A DNA stretch of 42,831 bases from an uncultured Gammaproteobacteria bacterium (GCA_964351585.1 CAYGOK010000003.1:10043-52873), one strand, 5' to 3'. Positions 14,128 to 24,912 are shown, numbered from the stretch's first letter. Made by a program: numbers and translations. The notes: generated by a model not told the origin, from the sequence alone.

Positions 14128-15147
14128 TTAAACTAATTTATCTTGCCCCAGCGGTTTAATTCCTAAATGTTCTAAACCTAAATGAGTAATCACGCGACCA
14201 CGCGGCGAACGATCTAAAAATCCTAACTGCATCAAATATGGTTCATACATATTTTCAATCGTATCCGCTTCTTCTCCCGTTGACGCAGCTAGAGTATTTA
14301 ATCCCACTGGCCCGCCTTTAAATTTATGGGCAATGGTTTCTAGTAAGCGCCTATCAACATTATCAAGACCCAATGCATCTATTTCCAACATTTTAAAAGC
14401 CTCATCACAACCCATAGAATTTACTACGCCATTTCCTTTAACTGCACAGTAATCGCGCACTCTTTTTAATAACCGATTGGCAATGCGCGGCGTCCTTCGA
14501 CTACGTCCAGCAATTGCCTGCTTAGCATCAGCTTCTATTTCAACGCCCAAAATACTGGCACTGCGAAAAACAATACGCTCAATATCTGACTGTTCGTAAA
14601 AATTTAAATGATAAGATAAACCAAAACGATCACGAAGTGGCGCCGACAATAAAGAAGCCATCGTAGTCGCACCGACAATAGTAAATTTGGGAAGATCGAG
14701 TCGTAGAGTGCGCGCACTTGGACCCTTGCCCATAATAATGTCTAGCGCAAAATCTTCCATAGCTGGATATAAAATTTCCTCAACCGCCTTCGGCAAGCGA
14801 TGAATTTCATCGATAAATAAAATATCACCCGCCTCTAGATTAGTCAGAATAGCTGCCAAGTCGCCACTTTTTTCAATGGCCGGCCCAGAAGTAACACGAA
14901 TATTGGCTCCGGTTTCATTAGCAATGACATGAGCTAATGTTGTCTTTCCTAAACCCGGCGCACCATAAAGCAGAACGTGCTCAATGGGCTCGTTCCTCTT
15001 TTTAGCAGCCTCAATGGTGATTTCTAAGCTTTGCTTAATTTTTTCTTGTCCAATATACTCCTGGAACTGACGCGGTCGTAAAGAAAAATCTAATTTTTCA
15101 TCTTCCGGCGTATCTTCTGGAGTTATTAAGCGATCTTCTTCATTCAT
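14128..15147 (-). CDS. ruvB: Holliday junction branch migration helicase RuvB
   Basis: [16 protein letters not shown]..., Walker [10 protein letters not shown], Walker [11 protein letters not shown], and the C-terminal winged-helix segment PRGRV. I prefer ATG 15147 (MNEEDRL) to the track start at 15195, which would overlap the upstream gene by 38 nt. Confidence 0.9.
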   Translation of the reverse strand: MNEEDRLITPEDTPEDEKLDFSLRPRQFQEYIGQEKIKQSLEITIEAAKKRNEPIEHVLLYGAPGLGKTTLAHVIANETGANIRVTSGPAIEKSGDLAAILTNLEAGDILFIDEIHRLPKAVEEILYPAMEDFALDIIMGKGPSARTLRLDLPKFTIVGATTMASLLSAPLRDRFGLSYHLNFYEQSDIERIVFRSASILGVEIEADAKQAIAGRSRRTPRIANRLLKRVRDYCAVKGNGVVNSMGCDEAFKMLEIDALGLDNVDRRLLETIAHKFKGGPVGLNTLAASTGEEADTIENMYEPYLMQLGFLDRSPRGRVITHLGLEHLGIKPLGQDKLV

Positions 15148-15157
15148 ATTTTTATCA

Positions 15158-18145
15158 TTATACCTGACGAAATTCACAGATAGAATTAAAGTCACAATAC
15201 TTACACATCATTGATGGCGTTGGCGCAAAGTTACGATTCTTAATTGCGGTGATTTCTTCAATAATTCCTAATTTTAATTTATCAATTTCTTTTTCTGTCG
15301 CCACGAAGGAAATTTTATTACCGGTTTCTAAATAATAAAAACTAAGCTGTCCTACCTTCTCGCCTAAAAATTCCTCTAAGAAAACTTGGTATAAAATTAG
15401 CTGACGCTTCTCCTCAAATGTAAGTTTATCTTTTCCCTTACCCGTTTTATAGTCAACTACCTCTAAGCAACCATCGGCTAAGCGATCGACACGGTCAATT
15501 GTTCCCTTAATAATATTACCACCGATCTTAAAAGAGAATTTCTTTTCTAAAAAAATAGTTTCCGCAGGCGGAGCTGATTGATAGTTACTTAGAAAATCTT
15601 TTAAAGCCTTTTTACCGTTCTGATAATACTTATCTCGCTCTTCTTTGTTATTATAGCCATCGGCCTGCCAAAATTCTTCATACAAAGACAACAGTCTTTT
15701 TTCGCTTAAATCAATCTTTTTAACAGACTTTCCCTCCTCGTCAGAAAACAAGCTAGCCTGCAGCTTCTTGGCCTCAGCTAAAGTCGGTAATAAAAAATTA
15801 TATAAAGTATTATGCAAGACACGACCAAAAATAAGAGACGATTTATCAGTTGAGGCTGGAATTTTTAAAATAAAAGCGAATTTATACTGCAAGGGACAAG
15901 TAGAAAATGCCGCCAGCTGAGAAAAAGAAAACTTAGCCGGCAGCGGCAAGACAATATCTTTATCTTGATTAATCCTTTCTGCTTCTTCTAGTTCATTTAA
16001 ACGATGTAAGTCTTTCAAAAAAGCATTTTGCTTACTGAGCTGTGCCTCCTCGCTTACTAACTCTGGATTTATGCCCATTTCTAAAATAAAGCGAGATGGT
16101 TTTTTTTCTCTAGTGCCACCATAATCCTTAGCACCAGTTAAGTACAACTCTTCTTTGGCTCTAGTTGCTGCCACATAGAACAATCTACGCTCTTCCTCTA
16201 AATGCGCATCAACTGAAACTGTAATTTTTTCCTTAATAAGCGCCTCGGGAATAGAAATTTTTTCACTTCGGGCAATCGTGGGAAATTTTTTATCTACTAA
16301 ATTAACAATAAAGACGTATTTAAACTCTAAGCCCTTAGCACCGTGTACTGTCATAATTCTAACACTCTCATTGTCGGTAAAATCGAGCTTTAAAGAACCG
16401 GTTTCGCCCGCTTCAAGCTCCAAGTTAATTACTTCTAAAAAATCTTTCAATCGTAAATCAGAATTACCATCTTCCAATGTTTTTATTTTTTGATAAAGCT
16501 GATTTAAATAAGAAAATAATTCTAAATCTCTATCATGATCTAATTTTTCTAGCAGCCCAGAGTCATAGGCAAAGTGTAAGAAAATCTTGGTTGGCCTACT
16601 TTTAACAGCAAGTGCGGAGTGTGCCTCAATTAAACCAAGCAATTTAGTAATATTTTTTTCACTCTCTGGTGAGATGCTCTTAATTAAGCGCACATTTTTC
16701 AAGGCTTCATATAAAGACCAGACTTTACGAGCTGCCAACTTATTTATTTCTACTAGTTCAGAATGAGAAACCTTAAAGGTATCCATATTTAAAACTCGAA
16801 ACAAGGCAGAAGATTCATGGTAGTTATCCAACAATCTAAAATAAGCAAGAATATCAAGAATAATTGGCTTATAATAGAGACCGCGCCAAGACATAAAACG
16901 ATGAGGAATGCTTAGGCGACTCAACTCTTTAACATAAGCATCAGCCGTATCATTAGCCCTAACTAAAATTGCAAGGTCTAGCCAGCTAACTTCTTCACCT
17001 TGAGAAATTTTTTCTTCATAAATATCTTTAATGCGCTGACCAACAAAAGAGACCTCATCTTCTTGAGTGGGAAAATTAAAAAAGCGTACCGCTGGGGCAG
17101 AATATTTTTTAATACTCACTTCACCTTTAGCTACTAATTTTTTATCAAGACCAAGTTTAACCTCTAAACGATTTGGATTATTATGTTTAATAAAATCATG
17201 AGACCTGTCTAAAATTTCTTGGCGAGAGCGATAATTCTCGGTTAATATTATTTCCTTAGCCCCGGGATAATCAGATTTAAACTGCATGATATTAGAGATA
17301 GAAGCGCCGCGAAATTTGTAAATTGCTTGATCGTCGTCACCAACTACCAATAAGTTATTTTGTGGCGCCGCTAATAGTTTTACTAATTCATACTGAGCTA
17401 AATTAGTATCCTGAAACTCATCAACCATGATAAATTTAAATTTACCGCGATAGTATTTCAAAATATTTGGCCTATCTTTAAAAAGTTTAATAGCATAAAC
17501 AATTAAATCACCAAAATCGAGGTAATTATTTTCAATCAGTAACTGATTGTACGTATTATAAGCACCGGCCAACTCTTTAATCCGAACCGCCTCCAGCCCG
17601 TCATCATCTTCATCATCAGCATGCTCTGAAACTTCTGAATTTTCCGCGTGCTTTATATACTCAAAAGCTGAAATATCTTCATCCTTCAAGCGAGAAAAAT
17701 GCTTAAGTAATTCGGAAATAAATTTAGTCGGATTTCCTAATGGTCGATAATAATCCAGTTGAAAGCGTGCTAAATTTCTTTTAATCATTACCCATTGATC
17801 GGTTGCTGATAATAACTTAAACCCGGGATTAAGGCCTATTTCTAAAGCATGGTCGCGCAAAATACGTTCGCAGAAACCATGAAAAGTATTAATCCATAAA
17901 TCCGTGTAACCATAAGGTAAAATAATATCAGCCCGCTCTTCCATTTCACCAGCTGCTTTTTCGGTAAAAGTTAAAAGCAGAACTTCGTCAGGAGAAACCT
18001 TTTTAACAGTTAAAAGATGTGCCAAGCGATTTATTAAAACCGTGGTCTTACCAGTACCAGCACCAGCCACAATTAAAAGCGGGCCATTCTCATGAGTAAC
18101 GGCTGCTTTTTGTGCGCTATTTAATTTTGCTAGTGATTCAGACAT
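15158..18145 (-). CDS. UvrD/PcrA-family SF1 helicase fused to a C-terminal PD-(D/E)xK, Cas4/AddB-like 4-Cys nuclease domain
   Basis: Helicase: [64 protein letters not shown] and [11 protein letters not shown]. Nuclease: [27 protein letters not shown]...[13 protein letters not shown] and [10 protein letters not shown] (C...CxxCxxxxxC). Confidence 0.85.
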   Translation of the reverse strand: MSESLAKLNSAQKAAVTHENGPLLIVAGAGTGKTTVLINRLAHLLTVKKVSPDEVLLLTFTEKAAGEMEERADIILPYGYTDLWINTFHGFCERILRDHALEIGLNPGFKLLSATDQWVMIKRNLARFQLDYYRPLGNPTKFISELLKHFSRLKDEDISAFEYIKHAENSEVSEHADDEDDDGLEAVRIKELAGAYNTYNQLLIENNYLDFGDLIVYAIKLFKDRPNILKYYRGKFKFIMVDEFQDTNLAQYELVKLLAAPQNNLLVVGDDDQAIYKFRGASISNIMQFKSDYPGAKEIILTENYRSRQEILDRSHDFIKHNNPNRLEVKLGLDKKLVAKGEVSIKKYSAPAVRFFNFPTQEDEVSFVGQRIKDIYEEKISQGEEVSWLDLAILVRANDTADAYVKELSRLSIPHRFMSWRGLYYKPIILDILAYFRLLDNYHESSALFRVLNMDTFKVSHSELVEINKLAARKVWSLYEALKNVRLIKSISPESEKNITKLLGLIEAHSALAVKSRPTKIFLHFAYDSGLLEKLDHDRDLELFSYLNQLYQKIKTLEDGNSDLRLKDFLEVINLELEAGETGSLKLDFTDNESVRIMTVHGAKGLEFKYVFIVNLVDKKFPTIARSEKISIPEALIKEKITVSVDAHLEEERRLFYVAATRAKEELYLTGAKDYGGTREKKPSRFILEMGINPELVSEEAQLSKQNAFLKDLHRLNELEEAERINQDKDIVLPLPAKFSFSQLAAFSTCPLQYKFAFILKIPASTDKSSLIFGRVLHNTLYNFLLPTLAEAKKLQASLFSDEEGKSVKKIDLSEKRLLSLYEEFWQADGYNNKEERDKYYQNGKKALKDFLSNYQSAPPAETIFLEKKFSFKIGGNIIKGTIDRVDRLADGCLEVVDYKTGKGKDKLTFEEKRQLILYQVFLEEFLGEKVGQLSFYYLETGNKISFVATEKEIDKLKLGIIEEITAIKNRNFAPTPSMMCKYCDFNSICEFRQV

Positions 18146-18165
18146 AAATTTTAATATTTTCTTGG

Positions 18166-19281
18166 CTAACGCGACAATTCTAACTTACCACTAGCCACCG
18201 CCTGCGCTTCAATCTCTTCTAAGTTAGACCAGGTAATGAACTTTTTAAAAAAGCTTGCCTGTTCTACTTGACTCATTAAACGAGGAGCAGATTTTTCAGA
18301 ATTAAGCGGAAATAAAACTACAGTCGTTGTTGCCGAACTAAAGTCTAATCTAACTGCCAAGCCTTCTTGAGTATCTTTAGAAAAATATTGATCAAAAATA
18401 AAATTTCCTAAAGAATAAAAAATGGGCTTTCCTTGATAAATTTCCATTCCTTGTACAACATGAGGGTGATGACCGATTATAACATCGGTGCCGGCATCTA
18501 TCAAGGCGTGTCCGATATTTTGCTGATAGCGGTTAAATTGGTGCTCGTACTCTGTTCCCCAGTGAATATTAACTATGACTAAATCAGTGGTTGAGGCTGC
18601 TGAGCTTATTAATTCTTTGGCTTTTTCTAAGTCAAAATTGGCATAAACCATTGATAATCCCATTAGGGCGACCTTTTGACCAGATATTTCTACAATCTGT
18701 AGTGAGTACTCGTCGACCTGAGCATCAGGGGCTCCGCTATAATAAAAATTTAGCGCCTGTAAATTTTTCCTTGTCTCTTCTACGCCTCTAGTTCCTTGGT
18801 CACTAAAATGATTATTAGCTAACGTAAAATAATTGAAGCCGTAATCATAAAGTTCGGCGACTCTTTCGGGAGAAAAAGCAAAATCATAAGCATTCTGCGG
18901 CAAGTAGTGCGCGCCATCATCAGTGACCGCGCCCTCCAGGTTAGCACCGACGATATCGAATCCGGAAAAAAATTGTTTATCTTCACCCGCTAAACCATCT
19001 AATAGAAACCCGATATTTTTCCCTGCCAATCTCTCGCCAACATGACGATCGAGCATCATATCGCCAAAAAAAAGGAATTTAAGATCTCGATTACCCATTA
19101 ATGCTAGGTCGAGGTTTTGACTGGGTGTGTAATCCACCTTTTTATCTGCGATGTTTTCTTGGATATCGACTTCAACTTTTAAATTTTCTCCAGTCGAGTT
19201 AAGAGCATAAAAGGCAGCAGCAATAGCAACTATTATCAAAACTGAGCTAAATGTTATTATCCATAACCCGCGCTCCTTCAT
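18166..19281 (-). CDS. CapA/PgsA-family metallophosphatase-fold protein (poly-gamma-glutamate synthesis-type), membrane anchored
   Basis: N-terminal TM helix. FFGDMMLDRHV, ANLEGAVT, LANNHFSDQG, VNIHWGTEYEH and IIGHHPHVVQG...YSLGNFIFDQ. Confidence 0.8.
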   Translation of the reverse strand: MKERGLWIITFSSVLIIVAIAAAFYALNSTGENLKVEVDIQENIADKKVDYTPSQNLDLALMGNRDLKFLFFGDMMLDRHVGERLAGKNIGFLLDGLAGEDKQFFSGFDIVGANLEGAVTDDGAHYLPQNAYDFAFSPERVAELYDYGFNYFTLANNHFSDQGTRGVEETRKNLQALNFYYSGAPDAQVDEYSLQIVEISGQKVALMGLSMVYANFDLEKAKELISSAASTTDLVIVNIHWGTEYEHQFNRYQQNIGHALIDAGTDVIIGHHPHVVQGMEIYQGKPIFYSLGNFIFDQYFSKDTQEGLAVRLDFSSATTTVVLFPLNSEKSAPRLMSQVEQASFFKKFITWSNLEEIEAQAVASGKLELSR

Positions 19282-19290
19282 ACAAAAAGT

Positions 19291-20556
19291 TTAAAACTTT
19301 AATATTTTTTTTAACTCTCCTTCTTTTAATTTACCAATACCAGCTAAATTTAAACTGGAGTTAACAAATATTTTATTAGCCGTCTTACGTAAATCAGTTG
19401 CTGAAACTTTTTTTATTTTCTTTAAAAATTCTTCAGGGCTGAACAATTGTCCACGCAAAACTGCTTGTCGGGCATACCAGTTAGCCAGATTATCGCTTGC
19501 CTCCATCTGTAAGAACATGCGTCCCTGCAACAAATCTTTAGCACGTGTTAACTCTTCATCAGAAACCAATTCCTCTTTCAAGCGCGCATATTCCGCAAGA
19601 ATAATTCCTATTGCTTTGGAAACTTTATCAGTTGGTACGCCTGCTTGAGTAGAAAGATAGCCAGAGTCAGTATAAAATTCTGTATCAGTTTTTACATAAT
19701 AAGCCAAACCGTTACGCTCCCTAAGATTAATAAATAATCTTGAGCTCATTGCGCCACCTAAAATAACTGCCAAGAGCTTAGCGTTAAGCTCTTCACCGTG
19801 ACCGATGGGGAAAGTGCGGACCGCTAAAGAAATATTAGCCTGGTCAGTATCTTTAAAAACTATTTTAACTTGAGGAGCAGCTTGTTTATAAACATTTTTA
19901 ACTTGTTTCTTCCACTTATTTGCTCCGAGCTTATTTATAATCTCTCGTCCCTTTTTAATGTCGCGATCTTTAATTCCACCAGCCAGGACCAGGGTTACAC
20001 TCTTGGCGCCATACTGCGAACGGAAATAAGATATAAAATCCTGACGGGTAAAATTCTGAATATTTTCCTTAGTACCAATCGTGTCCCAGCCCGCTGGAGT
20101 ATCACCAAATAAACAACGCTCCAAAACATCCTCAATGTGCATCATCGGATTGTCCTCATACATATTTAGCTCTTCAATAATCACCCCTTTTTCTCTTTCA
20201 ATTTCTTCCTTATCAAACTTGGAATGCAAAATCATGTCCCCTAGGATATCCAAAGCTTCAGCTAGTTTATTTTCCGCTGCCTTGACCCAGTAACCCGTAT
20301 ACTCCTTAGAGGTAAAGGCGTTAAACTCGCAACCAAGAGCATCTAAAGCGCTGGAAATCATGAGAGTGTCCGGTCTATTCTCCGTGCCCTTAAAAAACAT
20401 ATGCTCAAGAAAGTGGGAAATCCCACTATTTTTTCTAGTCTCATAGCGGGAGCCGGTCTTAAATACCATTAAGGCGGTCGTGGTTTTAGCTCCTGGCACC
20501 GGAACTGTTATAATCGGCGCCTTATTTGACAAAACTATTCTTTTGTATTTATTCAT
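19291..20556 (-). CDS. M16 (pitrilysin/insulinase) family zinc peptidase
   Basis: Inverted zinc motif HxxEH in GISHFLEHMFFKGT, with a downstream E (EREKGVIIEE). Two-domain length of 421 aa. Confidence 0.85.
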   Translation of the reverse strand: MNKYKRIVLSNKAPIITVPVPGAKTTTALMVFKTGSRYETRKNSGISHFLEHMFFKGTENRPDTLMISSALDALGCEFNAFTSKEYTGYWVKAAENKLAEALDILGDMILHSKFDKEEIEREKGVIIEELNMYEDNPMMHIEDVLERCLFGDTPAGWDTIGTKENIQNFTRQDFISYFRSQYGAKSVTLVLAGGIKDRDIKKGREIINKLGANKWKKQVKNVYKQAAPQVKIVFKDTDQANISLAVRTFPIGHGEELNAKLLAVILGGAMSSRLFINLRERNGLAYYVKTDTEFYTDSGYLSTQAGVPTDKVSKAIGIILAEYARLKEELVSDEELTRAKDLLQGRMFLQMEASDNLANWYARQAVLRGQLFSPEEFLKKIKKVSATDLRKTANKIFVNSSLNLAGIGKLKEGELKKILKF

Positions 20557-20628
20557 ATAAAAAACTGCTTAATTACTTAGCTTGTTTTAAATTTAGCATA
20601 GATTTGATATAATTTAAAGCAACCAGAC

Positions 20629-20637
20629 TGTTATAAT
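20629..20637 (+). promoter_or_regulatory. Candidate extended -10 (TGTTATAAT) for radC; a second TGATATAAT lies at 20605-20613
   Basis: An exact TGnTATAAT 19 nt upstream of ATG 20657, in the 100-nt divergent intergenic region. Confidence 0.4.
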
Positions 20638-20656
20638 TCCTAATATTTTTCGACCT

Positions 20657-21373
20657 ATGAAGTATGCCATTAAGGATCGTAATACCATCCTAACCGACGG
20701 CCATTTTTATAAAATTTCCCGCGTCAAAGATTTACCAGATGACGAAAAGCCACGCGAAAAACTTATAGAAAACGGTGCGGGCGCCCTTAGTTCAACTGAG
20801 CTCTTAGCTATAATTCTTGGCGTCGGGACAAAAAAAGAAGAAGTTTTTTCCATGGCAAATCGACTTTTGCGAGAATACGGCGAAAAAGGAATTGCTTATC
20901 AAAAAGATCCTCAAATTATTCAGAAAGATTTAGGCCTACCAATTGCCAAAGCTTGCCAGATAGTCGCCTGCTTTGAGCTGGGTCGCCGCTTCTATCAAAA
21001 GAAGCCAGGCGGATCTATTACCATTAGAACTGCTAAGCAAGCCTACGAATATCTTAAGGATATGCGCACTCTTAATAAAGAGCAGTTCCGCGGATTATAT
21101 CTTAATACTCATTACCAACTAATCCATGACGAAGTAATTTCTATTGGAACTCTTGACTCCGCTATTGTTCAGCCGCGTGAAGTTTTTCGCCCCGCCTTAG
21201 AATACTCAGCAGCCGCTCTTATTATTGCTCACAATCATCCTTCTGGAGTAGTTAAGGCAACGAAAGCTGATGCTGAAATTACTAATAAACTAGTAGAAGC
21301 TGGGAAAATATTAGATATTGAAGTTCTAGACCACCTCATTATCGGACAAAATAAATTTTTAAGCATTATCTAA
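20657..21373 (+). CDS. radC: RadC-family (JAB/MPN domain) protein
   Basis: N-terminal HhH-like segment ELLAIILGVGTKKEEVFSMANRLL. JAMM motif segment AAALIIAHNHPSG and LDHLII. Confidence 0.85.
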   Translation: MKYAIKDRNTILTDGHFYKISRVKDLPDDEKPREKLIENGAGALSSTELLAIILGVGTKKEEVFSMANRLLREYGEKGIAYQKDPQIIQKDLGLPIAKACQIVACFELGRRFYQKKPGGSITIRTAKQAYEYLKDMRTLNKEQFRGLYLNTHYQLIHDEVISIGTLDSAIVQPREVFRPALEYSAAALIIAHNHPSGVVKATKADAEITNKLVEAGKILDIEVLDHLIIGQNKFLSII

Positions 21374-21375
21374 GC

Positions 21376-21657
21376 ATGACAAAAAAATATCAGATAAAAA
21401 ATCTGGTTTGGCTAGTAAAAGATGAGGCAAGCACGCGCTTTCATGTTGAACAAGACGACTATTTTGGAACAATCGCTACTATCATTAGCCTGCTTAAACA
21501 AAGGGTAACAGAAAATCCGGCCAATCTAGCGCCGGATTTTATGACTACCTTAAACAACTTAGAGAAAGATTTAGTTTGGCTACAAAATAATTATCAGATT
21601 AAGCCGAGAATAAAGAAGAAAAACAAAATTCCGAAAGGCAAAGATAAGAGCCAATGA
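21376..21657 (+). CDS. Hypothetical small protein (93 aa)
   Basis: ATG lies 2 nt after the radC stop. No recognisable motif. The last 64 nt overlap the 3' end of the convergent O-antigen-ligase-like gene, so the basic tail (KPRIKKKNKIPKGKDKSQ) may be an antisense artefact. Confidence 0.4.
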   Translation: MTKKYQIKNLVWLVKDEASTRFHVEQDDYFGTIATIISLLKQRVTENPANLAPDFMTTLNNLEKDLVWLQNNYQIKPRIKKKNKIPKGKDKSQ

Positions 21658-22874
21658 TCAAACATCATTAGAATAACCATCGCCACAACCACTGCCAAAG
21701 AAAAAGATTGTTTGCGACTATCTCGTGCCAAAAAAGAAAGAAACAAAATTAAACCTAAAAAGGCAAACACTCCGCTTTCTGCAAAAGCTAGAATAAAAGC
21801 ATTATGAACTGGCTGATTAAGATAATTATTAGGACGACCATTTAAAACTGTTTCACGAACATAATTCCCTGTTCCAATTCCAAACAGGGGATTTTTTTTA
21901 ATCATGGCCTCAGCATCCGACAAGTAGTCAATTCGCTCGACTAAAGATGCTTTTTCTAAACGTGTGGCCGCGTCTAAACGAGTAAAAACAAGCTCACGAT
22001 AAGGAAAGACTGCTAAAATAAACAGGACGACTGAAAAGAAAGAGACTGCCAAAAAACGTGTTAAAACCCAACGGTCTTCATTTTTTATGATAACAATCAG
22101 AAGACAAATCATGCCCACAACATAAGCTAACCAGGATGCTCGAGAAAAAGAAAAGAACAAAGCAGCTAAAGATACAAAATAACTCAAAAATAAAAGTAGT
22201 ATACCCCAAACATGAATTTGGGAATTAATAATTTTTTTGCGCGCTAATAAAAAAGCGGAAAATAGTAAAGCAAAGACTAAAACTCCGCCTAAAATATTAG
22301 GATGATCTAAGCCACCATAAGCTCTCAGCCAGCGACCAGTGACCGTTTCGACAACAGAGGTGCCTAACATCTCTGGGTCATGACTAGCAATCCCTAAATA
22401 CTTAGACGCAAAGGTTTTTTGGCTTAAAAATTGCCAAACACCTAAAGAGGCATGTAAAAAAATACTTGATAAAAAAACATAAAGAGCGCGGGTCCGATTA
22501 AGACAGCTTTCTTGATAGGCAACATGATTCATGCCCTCACGCAATAAATAAAACAAGCCAAGTCCGCCTAAAAATATAAAGTAGTGATGAGCAGCTAACA
22601 AAGTATCAGGCGCAAAAAAGAAAGAGATGAGAATGGCAATTTCTAAAATTGCTAAAAAATACCAAATTGGCGGAGTTTTTCTCTCATCGTCTCGTCTAAT
22701 TAATTGATAAGCAAAGAAACAGATTAAAGCTAATAATAAAACGAGGTGACTAGCGTATAAACTAATTTCAGTAAAGGCGTTCGTATCTGGCCTCAAAATT
22801 AATTTAGTCTGCCAAGGAAGTAAAAATACAAAAAGCAGCAAAAAAGCTTCAGTTAAGCGTCGTAAAAATTTCAT
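21594..22874 (-). CDS. O-antigen ligase/polymerase (Wzy_C) family polytopic membrane protein
   Basis: About 10-12 TM helices, an external loop with GGLDHPN, and a PVHNAFILAFAESGVFAFLG motif typical of Wzy_C/WaaL-like proteins. I prefer ATG 22874 (MKFLRRL) to the GTG at 22919. Confidence 0.7.
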   Translation of the reverse strand: MKFLRRLTEAFLLLFVFLLPWQTKLILRPDTNAFTEISLYASHLVLLLALICFFAYQLIRRDDERKTPPIWYFLAILEIAILISFFFAPDTLLAAHHYFIFLGGLGLFYLLREGMNHVAYQESCLNRTRALYVFLSSIFLHASLGVWQFLSQKTFASKYLGIASHDPEMLGTSVVETVTGRWLRAYGGLDHPNILGGVLVFALLFSAFLLARKKIINSQIHVWGILLLFLSYFVSLAALFFSFSRASWLAYVVGMICLLIVIIKNEDRWVLTRFLAVSFFSVVLFILAVFPYRELVFTRLDAATRLEKASLVERIDYLSDAEAMIKKNPLFGIGTGNYVRETVLNGRPNNYLNQPVHNAFILAFAESGVFAFLGLILFLSFLARDSRKQSFSLAVVVAMVILMMFDHWLLSLPFGILFFFFILGLI

Positions 22875-23742
22875 GTTTTTTATCTTTAAAAATAGAAGTA
22901 AAATAACGTCGGCGATCACCCAAATAAAGCTTTAATACACTATCAGTAATAACTACGCCATCAGAATTTTCTCGAGCTGCCAGCAAAGCCGGCGACATAA
23001 TTTTTAATTGCAACTTTTTGGCTAGTTTTTCTCCTCTACTCATTTTTACAGAGTGGATATTATTAGTCGACTCAGTAATACCTGGGGACGCGGATAACTT
23101 ATTTGCTTGTAAAAAATTCTCCCAAGTGTTTTGATAATTATAAAGCGGAACTAAGCCTCTTTGCCAATAATAAAAATAGGGGTCTTCTGTTGGCAAGGCT
23201 AACACAGAAATATCTAACTGATCAGCGGCAATATAAAAACTTAAACAAATTTTATCCTTCTTTTTTCGATTGGTCGGTCGACGATTAAGAATCTTCGCTA
23301 AACCGGCACAATATAAACGACTAAGCCAAATTTTTCCTGGTTTAGTAATAACAAAGAAATCAATATCGCTACCTAATCGCAAATTATGGCGACCTATAAA
23401 ATTTGCGGCAGCAACTGCAATAACTCCAGGAAACCAAGAAAATAGACGACTAAAACGGCGGGCGATTTTTAATTTGGCACAAGAATAATTATATCTCGCC
23501 TGACGGATGCCAATTATTTCCTGTCGGTTAGGTAAAAAATAAAAACCTTGATTCTCTTGAATAACTCCTTTAACAACTAATTCCTCAAGGGCCAACACGA
23601 CTTCAGCTAATGGAAATTTACTATCAAGATAATAGCTAATCTCATAAGCAGTTGGGGGGTAATCAAAAATATCTAAAAAAATCACCGGATCTAAAACGGC
23701 ACTAAAGTTTTTATTAACTTCTAACTTTTCCTCAGCTAGCAT
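22849..23742 (-). CDS. Hypothetical protein: N-terminal winged-helix-like region plus possible nucleotidyltransferase-fold core
   Basis: FDYPPTAYEISYYL...LEELVVKGVIQENQGFYFL (wHTH-like). RLGSDIDFFVITKPGKIWLSRLY resembles the GS...DxD segment of Pol-beta-type NTases. The family assignment is tentative. Confidence 0.45.
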   Translation of the reverse strand: MLAEEKLEVNKNFSAVLDPVIFLDIFDYPPTAYEISYYLDSKFPLAEVVLALEELVVKGVIQENQGFYFLPNRQEIIGIRQARYNYSCAKLKIARRFSRLFSWFPGVIAVAAANFIGRHNLRLGSDIDFFVITKPGKIWLSRLYCAGLAKILNRRPTNRKKKDKICLSFYIAADQLDISVLALPTEDPYFYYWQRGLVPLYNYQNTWENFLQANKLSASPGITESTNNIHSVKMSRGEKLAKKLQLKIMSPALLAARENSDGVVITDSVLKLYLGDRRRYFTSIFKDKKHEIFTTLN

Positions 23743-24850
23743 TTTTTGGCTTTTCTATTTTAAGTGGTTCAATATCACCACCCACGTCCGTAATTCTAGT
23801 TATATCCTTATCAATCTTTTTAAACTCAACATAGGCATTATTATAATGATTAACCATTGTTGACATACTAAGCCCCAACTTCTTCATAAACTCATCATAA
23901 CTAAGGATATGTTTGCCGAGTTTTTCAATATTAATGCGTATTTCCTTAGCTTTTTCTTCAATTTGCATTGCCTTTAAACCTTGAAGCACTGTCTGCAAAT
24001 AAGCAAGAAACGAAGTTGGCGAAACAATAATTACCTTCTTGTCACGAAAAGCATATTCAATTAAGTCGCGCGTATTAACTTTAACTGCGCCCACTTTATT
24101 AATTAATAAATCATAATAGATCGCCTCTGACGGAATAAACATAAAAGCAAATTCCATCGTCTTTTTTTCAGGCAACACATACTTAGCAGTTTCATCGATT
24201 CTATTTTTCAAGTCTTGCTTAAATTGCTGCTCAAATTTTTCCCGCGTCTCCTTGTCGGTCGCATTTAAAATACGTTCATAGTTCTCTAGAGAAAACTTTG
24301 CGTCAATAGGAATAACCTTATCTTTAACAAAAACTACTGCATCCACAATTAAGTCCTTACCGGTCTTATCATCTTTACCAAAACTATATTGCATCTGATA
24401 AGAATTTGGCGGCAAGACATTTTTTAAGGTCTCTTCTAAAAAATATTCTCCTAACACGCCGCGCTGTTTAGGATTTTTTAAAATATCTTGCAAATTTTGA
24501 AGCTGTGACGAAAAGTTAACCACTTGTTTATTAGTCTCATCGAGCTTAGTTAGTTTTTCGGTAACATCAGAAATTAGTTTGGCTGATTGGTTGGTAATAT
24601 TTTGAACGATCTTGGCAGTCTGACCAAACTGCTCTTGATTAGAGCGATGGGTTTCTGATAATTTACGGTCTAGCTCAGAGCGCAAATCCGTGTTCTGCTG
24701 AGAAAGTTGAGTTAATTTTTCCGACTGCTGCGCCAATCTCTCCATTAGTGGTAGCATCTGGTCACCAAAATTATCACCTTTTTTCTTAAGTAAAAGATAA
24801 ATCACGGCCGCAAGGGCTGCCAATATTAAAACAAACAAAAAAATATCCAT
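23732..24850 (-). CDS. rmuC: DNA recombination protein RmuC
   Basis: N-terminal TM helix, a long coiled coil, then an RmuC nuclease-like core: VDAVVFVKDKVIPIDAKFSLENY, FAFMFIPSEAIYYDLL and VIIVSPTSFLAYLQTV. Confidence 0.85.
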   Translation of the reverse strand: MDIFLFVLILAALAAVIYLLLKKKGDNFGDQMLPLMERLAQQSEKLTQLSQQNTDLRSELDRKLSETHRSNQEQFGQTAKIVQNITNQSAKLISDVTEKLTKLDETNKQVVNFSSQLQNLQDILKNPKQRGVLGEYFLEETLKNVLPPNSYQMQYSFGKDDKTGKDLIVDAVVFVKDKVIPIDAKFSLENYERILNATDKETREKFEQQFKQDLKNRIDETAKYVLPEKKTMEFAFMFIPSEAIYYDLLINKVGAVKVNTRDLIEYAFRDKKVIIVSPTSFLAYLQTVLQGLKAMQIEEKAKEIRINIEKLGKHILSYDEFMKKLGLSMSTMVNHYNNAYVEFKKIDKDITRITDVGGDIEPLKIEKPKNAS

Positions 24851-24912
24851 AGTATTTGAAATTATTATGCTTCTTTATTATATATCTTTTAATACTTTTT
24901 GGGCATATTGAC

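Noticed and set aside
15148-15195. Longer ruvB start given in the ORF track.
   Set aside because: It would overlap the helicase-nuclease gene by 38 nt and add a non-conserved leader ([16 protein letters not shown]). ATG 15147 gives a normal RuvB N-terminus.
22875-22919. GTG-extended start of the O-antigen-ligase-like gene.
   Set aside because: It would lengthen the overlap with the upstream gene to 71 nt. ATG 22874 (MKFLRRL) begins directly before the first TM helix. This remains uncertain.
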